From a bacterium (GTDB lineage Bacteria > JAHJDO01): DNA of 64,000 nucleotides. Positions 28,259 through 38,142 of this stretch are shown here, piece by piece (position 1 is the stretch's first letter; every line of letters starts with the position of its first letter). A program made the translations under genes and the position numbers. Location of the stretch: positions 9,512-73,511 of the forward strand of contig JAHJDO010000042.1 in the NCBI GenBank assembly GCA_018812485.1, given 5' to 3'. A model generated the notes under the pieces. The model did not search any database, had not been told where the DNA came from, and saw only the letters and a list, made by a program, of their open reading frames with translations.

Positions 28259-29155
28259 ATGTCTGCAAGGATTGACAATATAATTTTAGGAGATAACCAA
28301 TTTTCAGGCGTTAATCATTTATCTCAAGCTCTCGGACAACTCAAGGCAATCAAGTTTCAGGATGATAACGAAATTAAAAAAATAATCGAATATGCGATCT
28401 CTCAAGGGGCGCAAGGCATGATGTTATCAACCCATGCAGAAGTGGAAAGGATTCTTAATATTATTAGAAACGACGATCTTCTTCAGAATAATCTTAATAT
28501 TTACCCCAATATTCCTGATATTGCTAAATATGTAAGACGAGCAACAACGCAGGGTGGAATAACAGGGCTAATGAAATCTATCCTGAGTCAGCTCAGCTTC
28601 GGTATGAAAGCCAGTCTTATAATTGAGGGCGGAAAAGGTCTGATGAAAAAAGATATTCTCAAGATGTTAGAAGTATTAATAGATTTAGAGATGGCTTTTT
28701 TTAGAGGTTTGAAAATAAAAGCCATATTTCTACATACCATAGTTGTTGATTTAGCGCTTGGCCTTGGCCTTGACCAAATACTTTCACACTACTATTCTTA
28801 TATAAAGGATAAATATAATGTTATTCCCGGTTTTGGGACTCTAAATCTGCCAAAACTTCTTAATAAACTCCAGATGTTAGGGATTGATTACCCGTTGATA
28901 ATGACATCGGTTAACAAAAAAGGATTTTATATGAATCCAAGCAAGGCAGCATGTGAAGAAGTTATAAACGATGGTAAGTGCGAGATTTTAGCAATAGGAA
29001 CGCTTGCATCCGGAGCCATTTCTCTGCGTGAAGCGTATGAATATCTTTTTTCATTTCATAACATAAAATCATTAGTCATCGGCGCATCAACTAAAGATCA
29101 TATTAAACAGTCTTTCGATTTGGTGAAGTCTTACCATGCTCATAGGCAACAATAG
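28259..29155 (+). CDS. Hypothetical protein
   Basis: The 298-aa ORF is co-directional and tightly packed with its neighbours. I recognise no motif in it. Confidence 0.3.
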   Translation: MSARIDNIILGDNQFSGVNHLSQALGQLKAIKFQDDNEIKKIIEYAISQGAQGMMLSTHAEVERILNIIRNDDLLQNNLNIYPNIPDIAKYVRRATTQGGITGLMKSILSQLSFGMKASLIIEGGKGLMKKDILKMLEVLIDLEMAFFRGLKIKAIFLHTIVVDLALGLGLDQILSHYYSYIKDKYNVIPGFGTLNLPKLLNKLQMLGIDYPLIMTSVNKKGFYMNPSKAACEEVINDGKCEILAIGTLASGAISLREAYEYLFSFHNIKSLVIGASTKDHIKQSFDLVKSYHAHRQQ

Positions 29156-31475
29156 GCATAGGATTAGTTCTGCTTTGAAAATAATATCTAAATTTTACAA
29201 TGAAGAGCTTGAAAGCATCTTTGCTAGAATCTTATACTTCTTTAACACGATTGATACATATTTTATTCTTGTAGGAATCAGCTCTTTTGTCATCGTTTTT
29301 CCGGGAAAAGTCAATGTTATAGTGCTGGTGCTATCTCTGTTGTTTGCGTTGATTACGGCAAAAATCGCTGATTTTTATCCCAGTTTTGTGATACTTGCTA
29401 TTCCTGTACTTATTATACTTGGAATTGTATTAGATCTTTCAGGGTCATTAATAATGGCTCTTTTTATTGTAAATACAGCCCTGTTTTTTATAATACAGTT
29501 TGTTTTTATGGGCATACCTGATTCAATAGTTGCCCGTGATATACGAGTTGCTTTTATAAAAATATACAATTCATTATTTACGGTTGCTCCAACAACAGTT
29601 TCTTTTTCTATGAGTGTCTTCTTTTCATTCTATGTATCCTTTTGTATAGCTGCAGCCGTTTCATGCCGAGCAATAAAGGATTATACCTTGCTTGGGGCAG
29701 CGGGAGTAATTCTCTTTTTTTGTGCTTTGCTTGCCCGTTCAATGCGACCCAAAAACCTTTTCAGCAAGTTCCATAAGCCGGATGTCAGGGCTAACCCGAT
29801 ATTTAAACGGGTAGTGATTCTGAATATAGATGGTGTAAGAAAAGATGTTTTTGACTCATTAAATTTACCTGCAATAGCCAGATTAACCAAGGAGGGTACA
29901 AGCCATGCATTTGGACTGGAGACTGTATATCGGGCGTTAACCAATCCTGCATTTGCAAGTATATTTACGGGTACTATTCCCAGTGTTCACGGCGTCCGCA
30001 GCAACAACTTCGGACAATCAATTGTAACAGAGGGTTTGCCTGATATTGTCCCGTCTATTGCATACGGTTCAATGCATGTTAAACATTTTTGCAAGAAGTA
30101 CTGGCAGACACGTATAGTCTCATTGCCCCGCCATTCCGTATATCTTTCCGACGATATAATGGTAGACTGGCTTAAAGATGATATGCTTAATAGACCAGAG
30201 ATACGTCTTTTTGTCGCAGATTTCAGCGAAGCGGATTTTCTTGCTCACGCCTACGGCAGTAAGTCTAGGCAATACAAGGAAGCTCTTCAGAGGATTGATA
30301 AGCGTATAGGAGATTTTATAGATTGGATGAAATCAAATAACATGTCAGATGATACAGCGGTTATTGTATGTTCTGATCATGGAATAGCGGCAATTGACCA
30401 CAGCTATCTTATAGCTGATTCAGAAAGATATGTGCCCTTTTTGATTTATGGGAAGGGTATCAAAAAAGGATTCCATATACAGCGGCCGGGAACAATTATG
30501 GATATTTGCTGTACAGTCGCATACTTTCTTGGAATCCGATATCCCTATAATTCAAGAGGACAGGTCTTTACTGAAGCGCTTGAGGATTCTGATCTTGAGT
30601 CAGAGAAAGAAACATTTGTCAGTAGATTCAACCAGTTGAAGTATGATGCTGAAGCTGAGCAGTACCATTGTGACCATGTTGAGATTTATGCCGGAGACGC
30701 ACAGTGGTGGGATCAGTGTATTTCGAAGTTTATAATGGACAAAAAATGCGATCTGAGAGTGCTTGATATCGGATGCGGCAATGGCTTTGTGGGTGAAAGA
30801 TTTGTCGCAATGGGGGTCAATTTTAGTGATTTTGTATGTATGGATATTTCTAAAAACATACTTGAGGAAGCTAAGAAAACGCTTGGGAAATATCCCGGAT
30901 TTTCCTTTACAACCAGTTTAGATGATGTTAATGGAACATTTGACATAATTACTGCCAGCTCGGTTTTTCATCATGTTGTTCATCCGGATAAGCTTGCAGA
31001 TATCATTGACAGGTTTCTCGCAGAAGATGGAATTGTGATTGGAAGCCATGAGCCAAATAAGGAAGCATTTAAAAAGAAGTTGTTTTATGCAGGAGCAGCT
31101 TTATATAAAGGAATAGGCGGAAGTATAAGTATTAGCAATGAAGTCGTGCGTGAGTTCAATGATCTGCTCCGTAACAGATATCCAAATGCTCCCGGCGTCT
31201 GCCGTGAAGAGATACTTCAGATGGTAGAGTATCACTCTCCTTTGGAGCAGTATGATAAGTCTATTGATTTACAAAGCGGGTTCATACCGGATGAGTTCTG
31301 CAAACTATGCTTTCCAGGATATAAAGTACTCCTGCTTGAGACCTACTCAACATTTTCTCATAGGCTATGGCTGTCAAAACATAAAAGAATACAATCTTTG
31401 CTTGTTGCTATGTTTAATCTTTTATTTAAACGGGGCAATCTCTTCAGATTCGTCTTGAGGAAAAAGGAGATATGA
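29136..31475 (+). CDS. Fusion of membrane-anchored alkaline-phosphatase-superfamily (type I phosphodiesterase/NPP-like) domain with a C-terminal class I SAM methyltransferase domain
   Basis: About six N-terminal transmembrane helices come first. VVILNIDGVRKDVFDS and VIVCSDHGIAAIDHS then match the metal-ligand motifs of the Phosphodiest/AP superfamily. The C-terminus VLDIGCGNGFVGERF...IITASSVFHHV is a methyltransferase motif I plus post-II. Confidence 0.55.
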   Translation: MLIGNNRHRISSALKIISKFYNEELESIFARILYFFNTIDTYFILVGISSFVIVFPGKVNVIVLVLSLLFALITAKIADFYPSFVILAIPVLIILGIVLDLSGSLIMALFIVNTALFFIIQFVFMGIPDSIVARDIRVAFIKIYNSLFTVAPTTVSFSMSVFFSFYVSFCIAAAVSCRAIKDYTLLGAAGVILFFCALLARSMRPKNLFSKFHKPDVRANPIFKRVVILNIDGVRKDVFDSLNLPAIARLTKEGTSHAFGLETVYRALTNPAFASIFTGTIPSVHGVRSNNFGQSIVTEGLPDIVPSIAYGSMHVKHFCKKYWQTRIVSLPRHSVYLSDDIMVDWLKDDMLNRPEIRLFVADFSEADFLAHAYGSKSRQYKEALQRIDKRIGDFIDWMKSNNMSDDTAVIVCSDHGIAAIDHSYLIADSERYVPFLIYGKGIKKGFHIQRPGTIMDICCTVAYFLGIRYPYNSRGQVFTEALEDSDLESEKETFVSRFNQLKYDAEAEQYHCDHVEIYAGDAQWWDQCISKFIMDKKCDLRVLDIGCGNGFVGERFVAMGVNFSDFVCMDISKNILEEAKKTLGKYPGFSFTTSLDDVNGTFDIITASSVFHHVVHPDKLADIIDRFLAEDGIVIGSHEPNKEAFKKKLFYAGAALYKGIGGSISISNEVVREFNDLLRNRYPNAPGVCREEILQMVEYHSPLEQYDKSIDLQSGFIPDEFCKLCFPGYKVLLLETYSTFSHRLWLSKHKRIQSLLVAMFNLLFKRGNLFRFVLRKKEI

Positions 31476-32989
31476 AGATAATTTTTCCTGTTATGGGTGC
31501 TGAGAATATATCAGTCAGCTATCTTTCGACAGTTCTTAAAGAGGCTGGGCATATAGTTAAGGTGGCTTTTGATCGTTCACTATTTGATGATAAGCAATAT
31601 TTTTCCGTTCCTTTTCTCAGCCGTATGTTCACTGAAAAAAAGAGAATGATAAAAGAAATAATCAGGGAGAAGCCTGATATTCTTGCTATGTCTGTATTCG
31701 CCGATAATTACCAATGGGGTCTTGAAGTGGTACGTGAAGTACGTAAATGCCACATGTGCATTACTGTATGGGGTGGAATGCATCCTACTTCCTGCTCGGA
31801 GGAAGTTATCAGTAGAGACGAGGTGGATTACATGATTGTAGGGGAGGGGGAAACCCCTTTCATGGAATTGCTTGAAGCGCTTGAAAAGAAGGAATCGCCA
31901 GAAAGTATTTCCAATTTGTGGATGAAGAAAAACGGCAAGGTAATTCGTAACAAGCCTAGATTATTAATGGACCCCAAAGCTTTTCCAGCTGTAGACAAAA
32001 CCATATATGAAAAGTTTATCCCAATGAAGGACTATTACCTTACTGTTACATCTAAGGGGTGTATTGCCCACTGCAGTTATTGTACGCAGAATTTTCTCTG
32101 GAAATGGGAAAAAGAAGAAGGATTAGGACATTTTCTCAGAGAAAAATCTGTTGATGCTGTATTAGACGAATTAAAGGCAATGAAAAAACGTTATAGTATC
32201 CGTTATGTTGATATAAAAAATAATGTACTTTCAGGTAACAGCAAATGGTTTGATGAGTTTCTTGCGCGTTATCCTGAAGAGATTCAGTTGCCTTTCAGAA
32301 TAATGGGACATCCTCTGTTGTTTCAAAAAGACCTGGCAGTCAAATTAAAAAAGGCAGGCTGTCATCATATTCAAATAGGAATTGAATCATTAAATCCCGA
32401 AGTAAGAAAAAAAGTGCTGTTTCGCAACGAGACTAACGAGCAGATTATCAGAGCGCTTGATAATATTGAAAAAGCAGGTATTAATTTTTCCGCAGATCTG
32501 ATGTTGGGTCTTCCGGGAGAGTCGGAGGACGACCTGATTTTAGCTCTTAAAACTCTTGCAAAATATCGCAGACTCATACGTTCGTCCGTATTCTGGCTTC
32601 AGTATTTGCCAAGCGTTGATATTACCAGAATGGCCATATTGAAAGGCTATATAAACAAAGGAAACGAAATAAAAATTGTTCAGGGGCTTCAGAATAACTA
32701 CTTATCAACAGGCTCATCAATGGAGCCGCAGAGAATGAGAATACTCAAGACATACCATATCATGTTCCGTTTACTTCCTATTGTTTCTCAGAGAATCATG
32801 AATTTTCTGATAAACTCTGGGATATATCGCATATTCAGGTATATCCCATTCCAGATATTTGCTATCATCGTCATTGATGTGTTTGTTTCTTTTGTGCGCA
32901 AGGACTACTATGCAAAATGGATTATGGGATGGTATTTCAAACAGCTGTTTAAGCATCTTACCGGAAAGGTAGAGACAATTTCAGATTAA
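31472..32989 (+). CDS. B12-binding-domain radical SAM protein (class B-like)
   Basis: The N-terminal cobalamin-binding-like domain (MKIIFPVMGAENISVSYLSTVLKEAGH...DILAMSV) precedes TSKGCIAHCSYCTQ (Cx3Cx2C). This is the first of three tandem paralogs. Confidence 0.75.
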   Translation: MKIIFPVMGAENISVSYLSTVLKEAGHIVKVAFDRSLFDDKQYFSVPFLSRMFTEKKRMIKEIIREKPDILAMSVFADNYQWGLEVVREVRKCHMCITVWGGMHPTSCSEEVISRDEVDYMIVGEGETPFMELLEALEKKESPESISNLWMKKNGKVIRNKPRLLMDPKAFPAVDKTIYEKFIPMKDYYLTVTSKGCIAHCSYCTQNFLWKWEKEEGLGHFLREKSVDAVLDELKAMKKRYSIRYVDIKNNVLSGNSKWFDEFLARYPEEIQLPFRIMGHPLLFQKDLAVKLKKAGCHHIQIGIESLNPEVRKKVLFRNETNEQIIRALDNIEKAGINFSADLMLGLPGESEDDLILALKTLAKYRRLIRSSVFWLQYLPSVDITRMAILKGYINKGNEIKIVQGLQNNYLSTGSSMEPQRMRILKTYHIMFRLLPIVSQRIMNFLINSGIYRIFRYIPFQIFAIIVIDVFVSFVRKDYYAKWIMGWYFKQLFKHLTGKVETISD

Positions 32990-32993
32990 AACT

Positions 32994-34466
32994 ATGAAAA
33001 TATTATTTATTGATAATTTTTCGTTTAATTTTGGCATCGCATCTATTTCATCTGTATTGAAACAGAGTGGTCATGATGTGGAGTTGTTATATTACACATT
33101 TTCTAAAATGAAAGGCATCGATATTTATCGTAATCCCAGTAAATATTATTCGTTTAATAAGATAGCTGATGAGATAATTGGAAGGAAACCTGATATTATA
33201 GGGTTTTCTGTTTTAAGCTCAAATTACATGTTCTATAAAAACACAGCTGAAGCCATTCGCAGAAGAACAGATATTCCTATTTTAACAGGAGGTGTGTTCC
33301 CGACTATGAGTCCAGATTTTTTTATAGAGAATACCTGCTGCGACTTTGTATTCAGGGGAGAAGCAGAACCTGTAATTGTGGAACTTATTGAAAAAATAGC
33401 TTTAGGAAAGTATTATGATGTGCCAAATATCGTTTACAGAGAAAAAGGAGGGACTGTTGTTCACAACGAAATGTCCAGCTTTGTCGATGACCTAGATGCT
33501 CTTCCGTTTTATGATAAGGAAGTATATCCAGGTGTTCCATTTCAGTTGAATATGTCAACCAGCCGTGGATGTGTCAATTCCTGCAGCTATTGTTCTTCCG
33601 GGAAATATACCAGACTAACGGTCAGAGGAGGAGCTGGAAAAGTCAGGAAAAGAAGCGTGGACTCTATTATTAAAGAGATAAAACAAGCTTTGCGAAAATG
33701 GCCATATAAAGAGATCTCTTTCTGGGACGATTTTTTTATTACAACACCTAAATGGTTATCGGAATTTGTGGAGAAATATAGCAAAGAAATAAATCTTCCT
33801 TATAATTGCATAGCTTTTCCTGCGGTGATAAATAATGAGGTAGCGTCATTATTAGCCGGGTCTGGATGCAATGTTGTATGTATGGGATTTCAGACTGCAA
33901 ATGAAGAATATAAAAAGAATGTACTAAGAAGAAGAGAAACTAAAAAACAAGTTGCTAAAGCCATAAACCATCTGGAAGAGCATGGAGTTAAATACAGCTT
34001 AGACCATATTTTTAATTTACCAGGTGAGACAAAAGAGCATATTGAAGAATCTTTGGATTTTTTTATCAATAACAAAGTAAAATGGGTATCAATATATTTC
34101 CTTAATTATTATCCTGATTCCGATATTACAAAGTATTCCTATGATAATGGTTTTATTGGCTCTGAGCAGTTCTCTAAAATCATGAAAAATGAACTGATTG
34201 GCGATCAGGCATTTAAAGGAACCATCGTTGATAAAAAGAAATCTAAAGAGCAGGTTCAGTACGCTTTACTTTTTAGATTGATTAATTTACTGCCTGCCAA
34301 ATGGTTGAAACGGATGCTAAAGAATGATATTCAAAAAAGGTTTCCGACTAATAAATATTTATACTATAGTCTTTCTTTGTTAACCTTGTTTAAAGCGCAG
34401 GGTTTTAGAAGAGTTTTGACATTTGTCAATCCTTATTTCAAATTCAGGAAAAACGTATGCGAATAG
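32994..34466 (+). CDS. B12-binding-domain radical SAM protein (class B-like)
   Basis: The N-terminal B12-like domain precedes TSRGCVNSCSYCSS. Confidence 0.75.
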   Translation: MKILFIDNFSFNFGIASISSVLKQSGHDVELLYYTFSKMKGIDIYRNPSKYYSFNKIADEIIGRKPDIIGFSVLSSNYMFYKNTAEAIRRRTDIPILTGGVFPTMSPDFFIENTCCDFVFRGEAEPVIVELIEKIALGKYYDVPNIVYREKGGTVVHNEMSSFVDDLDALPFYDKEVYPGVPFQLNMSTSRGCVNSCSYCSSGKYTRLTVRGGAGKVRKRSVDSIIKEIKQALRKWPYKEISFWDDFFITTPKWLSEFVEKYSKEINLPYNCIAFPAVINNEVASLLAGSGCNVVCMGFQTANEEYKKNVLRRRETKKQVAKAINHLEEHGVKYSLDHIFNLPGETKEHIEESLDFFINNKVKWVSIYFLNYYPDSDITKYSYDNGFIGSEQFSKIMKNELIGDQAFKGTIVDKKKSKEQVQYALLFRLINLLPAKWLKRMLKNDIQKRFPTNKYLYYSLSLLTLFKAQGFRRVLTFVNPYFKFRKNVCE

Positions 34467-34479
34467 GAAAAGAGTAAAA

Positions 34480-35898
34480 ATGAAAATAACTTTAATAAAT
34501 CCGCCGCTTACTCTGGATGAAGCATATGGAAACTACAGCGACTTAGCTTCTTTTCTGCCTCAACTGGGTTTATGCGCTTTGGCCAGCTATTTAATAAAAT
34601 ATGGATACAAAGAAGTAAGGATAATTGATGCTAATGTATTAGGGAGCAGTCTCAGCAATATCGTCAAAGACGTTATGAGCGATTCTCCAGATTTAATAGG
34701 AATATATAACAGTACATCTAACTACTTTTCTGTATCTAGTTTGGTTTCTGAAATAAAAAAAACGAAAAGATCACAAAAAATAGTCTTAGGCGGACCACAT
34801 CCCAGTTTTCTTCCTGAAGAGATATTAACCGAAACCGCAGTTGACTATTGCGTAATAGGGGAAGGAGAAGAGACTTTATTAGAATTAGTTCAACATATTG
34901 AAGGTAATTCTGATGAGCTAAACAAAATAGATGGATTGGCTTATAAGACCAGTGATGACAAAATAATAATAAACAAACCGAGAAAACGGATTGATGATTT
35001 AGACAGCCTGCCATTTCCAGCCGTTCATCTGTTACCTCCGCTTTCAAAATATAAATTTTATCCTTTGCAATCCAAGAGATCGCCGTATATGACATTGATA
35101 ACATCAAGAGGGTGCCCATATAATTGCGTTTTTTGTGAGACTCCTTTTGGCAAGACAGTGCGATATCATAGTCCGGAGTACGTGGTTAATTATATAGATT
35201 ATTTGGTTAAGCAATTCGGTGTTAAAGAATTATGTTTCGTTGATGATACCTTTACTCTTAAAGAAAAGAGAGTTTTTGAAATATGCGGTCTGATACAAAA
35301 GATAAATCTTGATGTTAGCTGGTACTCTGCTACGCGTGCAAACATAAAAGACAAAACCATTTTTAATGAAATGAGAAAAGCAGGTTGCTGGATCTGCGCC
35401 ATAGGCGCAGAGTCCGGAGATCCTGAGGTACTTCGTTTGATAGGGAAGGGGGTCTCTCTGGATGAGATTAAATCATCCTGCGAGGCGGTTCTAAAAGCAG
35501 GGATAGTGTTAAAAACATTTTTTATTCTCGGGAATCCAGGTGAAACGCTTGAAACAATAGAGAAAACAATAAAATTTGCAAAGTCCCTGAAAGCACATTA
35601 TCCAGTTTTCAGCCTGATGACTCCGTTTCCAGGAACTGAATTATGGAATACAGCTGAAAAATATGGCACTTTTGATCGCTCAAATTTTCAGAAACTTATA
35701 ATTTCTACTGCGGATCCTGTATTTGTCCCCTATGGTTTGACAAAAGAAATTTTGTTGAAGAAGCAAAAGGAAGCCTTCAGAAGAACCTATTTTAGCTTAG
35801 GTATGGTCAAAAAGCAGTTATGCGCTATTAAATCTATAGATGATGTCAAGAAACTGGGCAAAGCAGCTATTGCTTTCTTAAAGTTACAGTTTAACTGA
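34480..35898 (+). CDS. B12-binding-domain radical SAM protein (class B-like)
   Basis: MKITLINPP...DLIGIYNS precedes TSRGCPYNCVFCETPF. I place the start at the ATG at 34480, which has a GGAAAAGAG ribosome-binding site, rather than at the overlapping 34423. Confidence 0.75.
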   Translation: MKITLINPPLTLDEAYGNYSDLASFLPQLGLCALASYLIKYGYKEVRIIDANVLGSSLSNIVKDVMSDSPDLIGIYNSTSNYFSVSSLVSEIKKTKRSQKIVLGGPHPSFLPEEILTETAVDYCVIGEGEETLLELVQHIEGNSDELNKIDGLAYKTSDDKIIINKPRKRIDDLDSLPFPAVHLLPPLSKYKFYPLQSKRSPYMTLITSRGCPYNCVFCETPFGKTVRYHSPEYVVNYIDYLVKQFGVKELCFVDDTFTLKEKRVFEICGLIQKINLDVSWYSATRANIKDKTIFNEMRKAGCWICAIGAESGDPEVLRLIGKGVSLDEIKSSCEAVLKAGIVLKTFFILGNPGETLETIEKTIKFAKSLKAHYPVFSLMTPFPGTELWNTAEKYGTFDRSNFQKLIISTADPVFVPYGLTKEILLKKQKEAFRRTYFSLGMVKKQLCAIKSIDDVKKLGKAAIAFLKLQFN

Positions 35899-35932
35899 TT
35901 GTGATGATACCTGTAAAAAAGGAGTAAAGGAT

Positions 35933-36988
35933 ATGAGTTCGAAGCTTACGACACTTATTAGAGGGCGTAAGGCAATGTTTAGCCTGTTGAAGTGTAAATT
36001 TAGCAAGAAGCGTATTCCGGTCAGAGCAAGCTTTTTGGTAACGAAATATTGCAATCTGAGATGCTTTTATTGTTACACTAAGGATATTCTAAATGATAAA
36101 AACGTACACGAGCCAACCATTGATGAGTTAAAAAACACTATTGATCAAATTTATGAGGCTGGATGCCGCTGGATAAACATTTTAGGTGGCGAGCCTCTTA
36201 TGAGAGATGATATCGAAGAATTCATTAATTATGTCAGTAATAAAGGAATGTTTATGGAGATAACCACAAATGGTTTTTTCGTAAAGAAGAGGATAAAAGC
36301 ATTAAAGAAAGTAGATCATCTTTGTATAAGTTTGGATGGAAATAAAGAGTCTAATGATAAAAGTCGCGGTAAAGGATCTTTTGAGAAAATCGTTGAAGGG
36401 ATTGAATACGCTGTAACAAACGGTCTAAGCGTAAGAGTACATGCGACACTATGCAAAAGGACAATGCAGGGTAAATCATTGGAGTTTTTGTCAGATTTTT
36501 GCAACAGACTGAAAATAAAACTGAACTATTCAGAGAACGGTCTGCCAGGAATAGAGAAGATGGATCCTGATTTTCTTCTTTCCAGAGAGGAAACCATGAA
36601 TTTCTACAGAAGTTATAAAAGTTTAAGGAATAAAGGATTTCCTATAATTAGTTCAGACGTGGCGGTAGAATATGCATCAAAATGGCCTCTTCAAGGACAG
36701 ACAATCATTTATAAGAAAGACCTTCACAAAATTCCAAAAGGCAGTTTTTATCCCTGTGAGCTTGGGAGAAGCCAATGTTTTATTACCAGTGACGGTTATG
36801 TATACCCTTGTTCAAAAAAATGGGGTTATGGGAAAAATCTATATGAGGTAGGATTTAAAGAAGCTTGGAATTATTTGGAAAATCTAGACTGCGTAGCTTG
36901 TAAAGAGCTTGGGACTATAGAGCAAAGTCTTATTACAGGTCTTAATCCCAGCGCTTTGTTCAACGCCATAACAAATTTTGCGCTATAA
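35933..36988 (+). CDS. Radical SAM/SPASM-domain protein
   Basis: The cluster motif is VTKYCNLRCFYCY with GGEPLM. The C-terminal region is CFITSDGYVYPCSKKWGYG...CVACKELG. It is a paralog of the 16623 gene. Confidence 0.7.
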   Translation: MSSKLTTLIRGRKAMFSLLKCKFSKKRIPVRASFLVTKYCNLRCFYCYTKDILNDKNVHEPTIDELKNTIDQIYEAGCRWINILGGEPLMRDDIEEFINYVSNKGMFMEITTNGFFVKKRIKALKKVDHLCISLDGNKESNDKSRGKGSFEKIVEGIEYAVTNGLSVRVHATLCKRTMQGKSLEFLSDFCNRLKIKLNYSENGLPGIEKMDPDFLLSREETMNFYRSYKSLRNKGFPIISSDVAVEYASKWPLQGQTIIYKKDLHKIPKGSFYPCELGRSQCFITSDGYVYPCSKKWGYGKNLYEVGFKEAWNYLENLDCVACKELGTIEQSLITGLNPSALFNAITNFAL

Positions 36989-37007
36989 ATTTAAAGGAAT
37001 TAAAGTC

Positions 37008-37625
37008 ATGAACTGTAAATATTGTATAGATGATATAAAGTACACAGTGGAAGTTGTTGATATAGAGACAAAGTGCAAATATCATAAGAAAATAGGAGAG
37101 GTATATTCGTCATCAGCGGTTGCTCCTGCTGGTTTATGCCGCGAACTTTTTTACACAGCTTATCCAAGATGCCTGGCTGTGCTTTACAGCGGAAAGCCTA
37201 CGCGCGGATGGTTAAGGGGAAAAGGAGTGCGGAGTATGACTGTTCGGTGTCCTGCAGCAAACGGCATAAAAGTATTGATTAGAGTAGAAGATATTTTTAT
37301 CCCGCCGATACGCATGGTTAAGGAGCTTGTTGAAGAATTATGTAAAGTTATATATAGGCCATTGGATGGTCCTTTTAGAAAAGTTGCTATTGAGATTATT
37401 GAAACAGGTTCCGATTGTCCAAAAGGATATCACATGGGAGATACCTTTTACTTTAATGTAGATAAGCAAGATGAATTGTGTCCTGCTGGGTTTGCAACTA
37501 TATATCCATATTTAAGGCGTATGAGAAATACCAAGAAAAATAATGGTTTGCTACACTCAATTAAAGTGCACTGTCCTGATTGTGTCGGCGTAACATATAA
37601 TGTAACTATTAAAGAAGATAAATGA
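37008..37625 (+). CDS. Cys-rich protein with two internal repeats, resembling the uncharacterised TIGR04076 family
   Basis: Two copies of the module C-P-x3-5-G-x2-F ... P-x-G-(F/L)-C-x3-(I/F)-Y-(P/T)-Y are present: CRELFYTAYPRC...VRCPAANGIKV and DCPKGYHMGDTFYF...ELCPAGFATIYPYL...HCPDCVG. I place the start at the ATG at 37008, which has an AAAGGA ribosome-binding site. Confidence 0.4.
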   Translation: MNCKYCIDDIKYTVEVVDIETKCKYHKKIGEVYSSSAVAPAGLCRELFYTAYPRCLAVLYSGKPTRGWLRGKGVRSMTVRCPAANGIKVLIRVEDIFIPPIRMVKELVEELCKVIYRPLDGPFRKVAIEIIETGSDCPKGYHMGDTFYFNVDKQDELCPAGFATIYPYLRRMRNTKKNNGLLHSIKVHCPDCVGVTYNVTIKEDK

Positions 37626-37647
37626 TGTTGTTGTAATCGGAGGTTTT

Positions 37648-38142
37648 ATGCAAGATTTTAAAAATATTTGTAAATTCTGTAATGAGATAAAGTTGAATTT
37701 GGTTTGCGGTGGTAAAGAATTCGTATTGGGCGATATATTACCCGATAATATTTGTCCTCTTGCTTTTCATAGTATCTATCCTTATATAATTACCCTTTCG
37801 AAAGGCGGCTGGCTTAATTGGGTGGGGCATGATGAACATGTTATTGTAAATTGTCCATTTGGGCGTGGTGTCGCTATGTACGTTAAGGCTCCTTCTTTAA
37901 AATCACAACAGTATCTAGAAGTTGAGGTGATGAAAATCAGAGAGAATAACGAATGTTATAAAGGATATGTGTTAAAAAAAGTTTTTCAATTTAATATAAG
38001 CGATGAGAATATGTTTAAGTTGGGGTTATTATATAGATCTATTCCTTTTATTCTAAGCAGAGATGATGATAACAATAGTGATCCGATGGAAATTTGTTAC
38101 AATTTTGAAGGGGAAAAAGTTCAATGTCAGGTGGAGTTTTGA
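37648..38142 (+). CDS. Cys-rich TIGR04076-like protein, paralog of the upstream gene
   Basis: ICPLAFHSIYPYIITLSKGGWLNW...VNCPFGRGVAMYVKA parallels CRELFYTAYPRCLAVLYSGKPTRGWL...VRCPAANGIKVLIRV in the upstream protein. A GGAGG ribosome-binding site precedes the start. Confidence 0.4.
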   Translation: MQDFKNICKFCNEIKLNLVCGGKEFVLGDILPDNICPLAFHSIYPYIITLSKGGWLNWVGHDEHVIVNCPFGRGVAMYVKAPSLKSQQYLEVEVMKIRENNECYKGYVLKKVFQFNISDENMFKLGLLYRSIPFILSRDDDNNSDPMEICYNFEGEKVQCQVEF

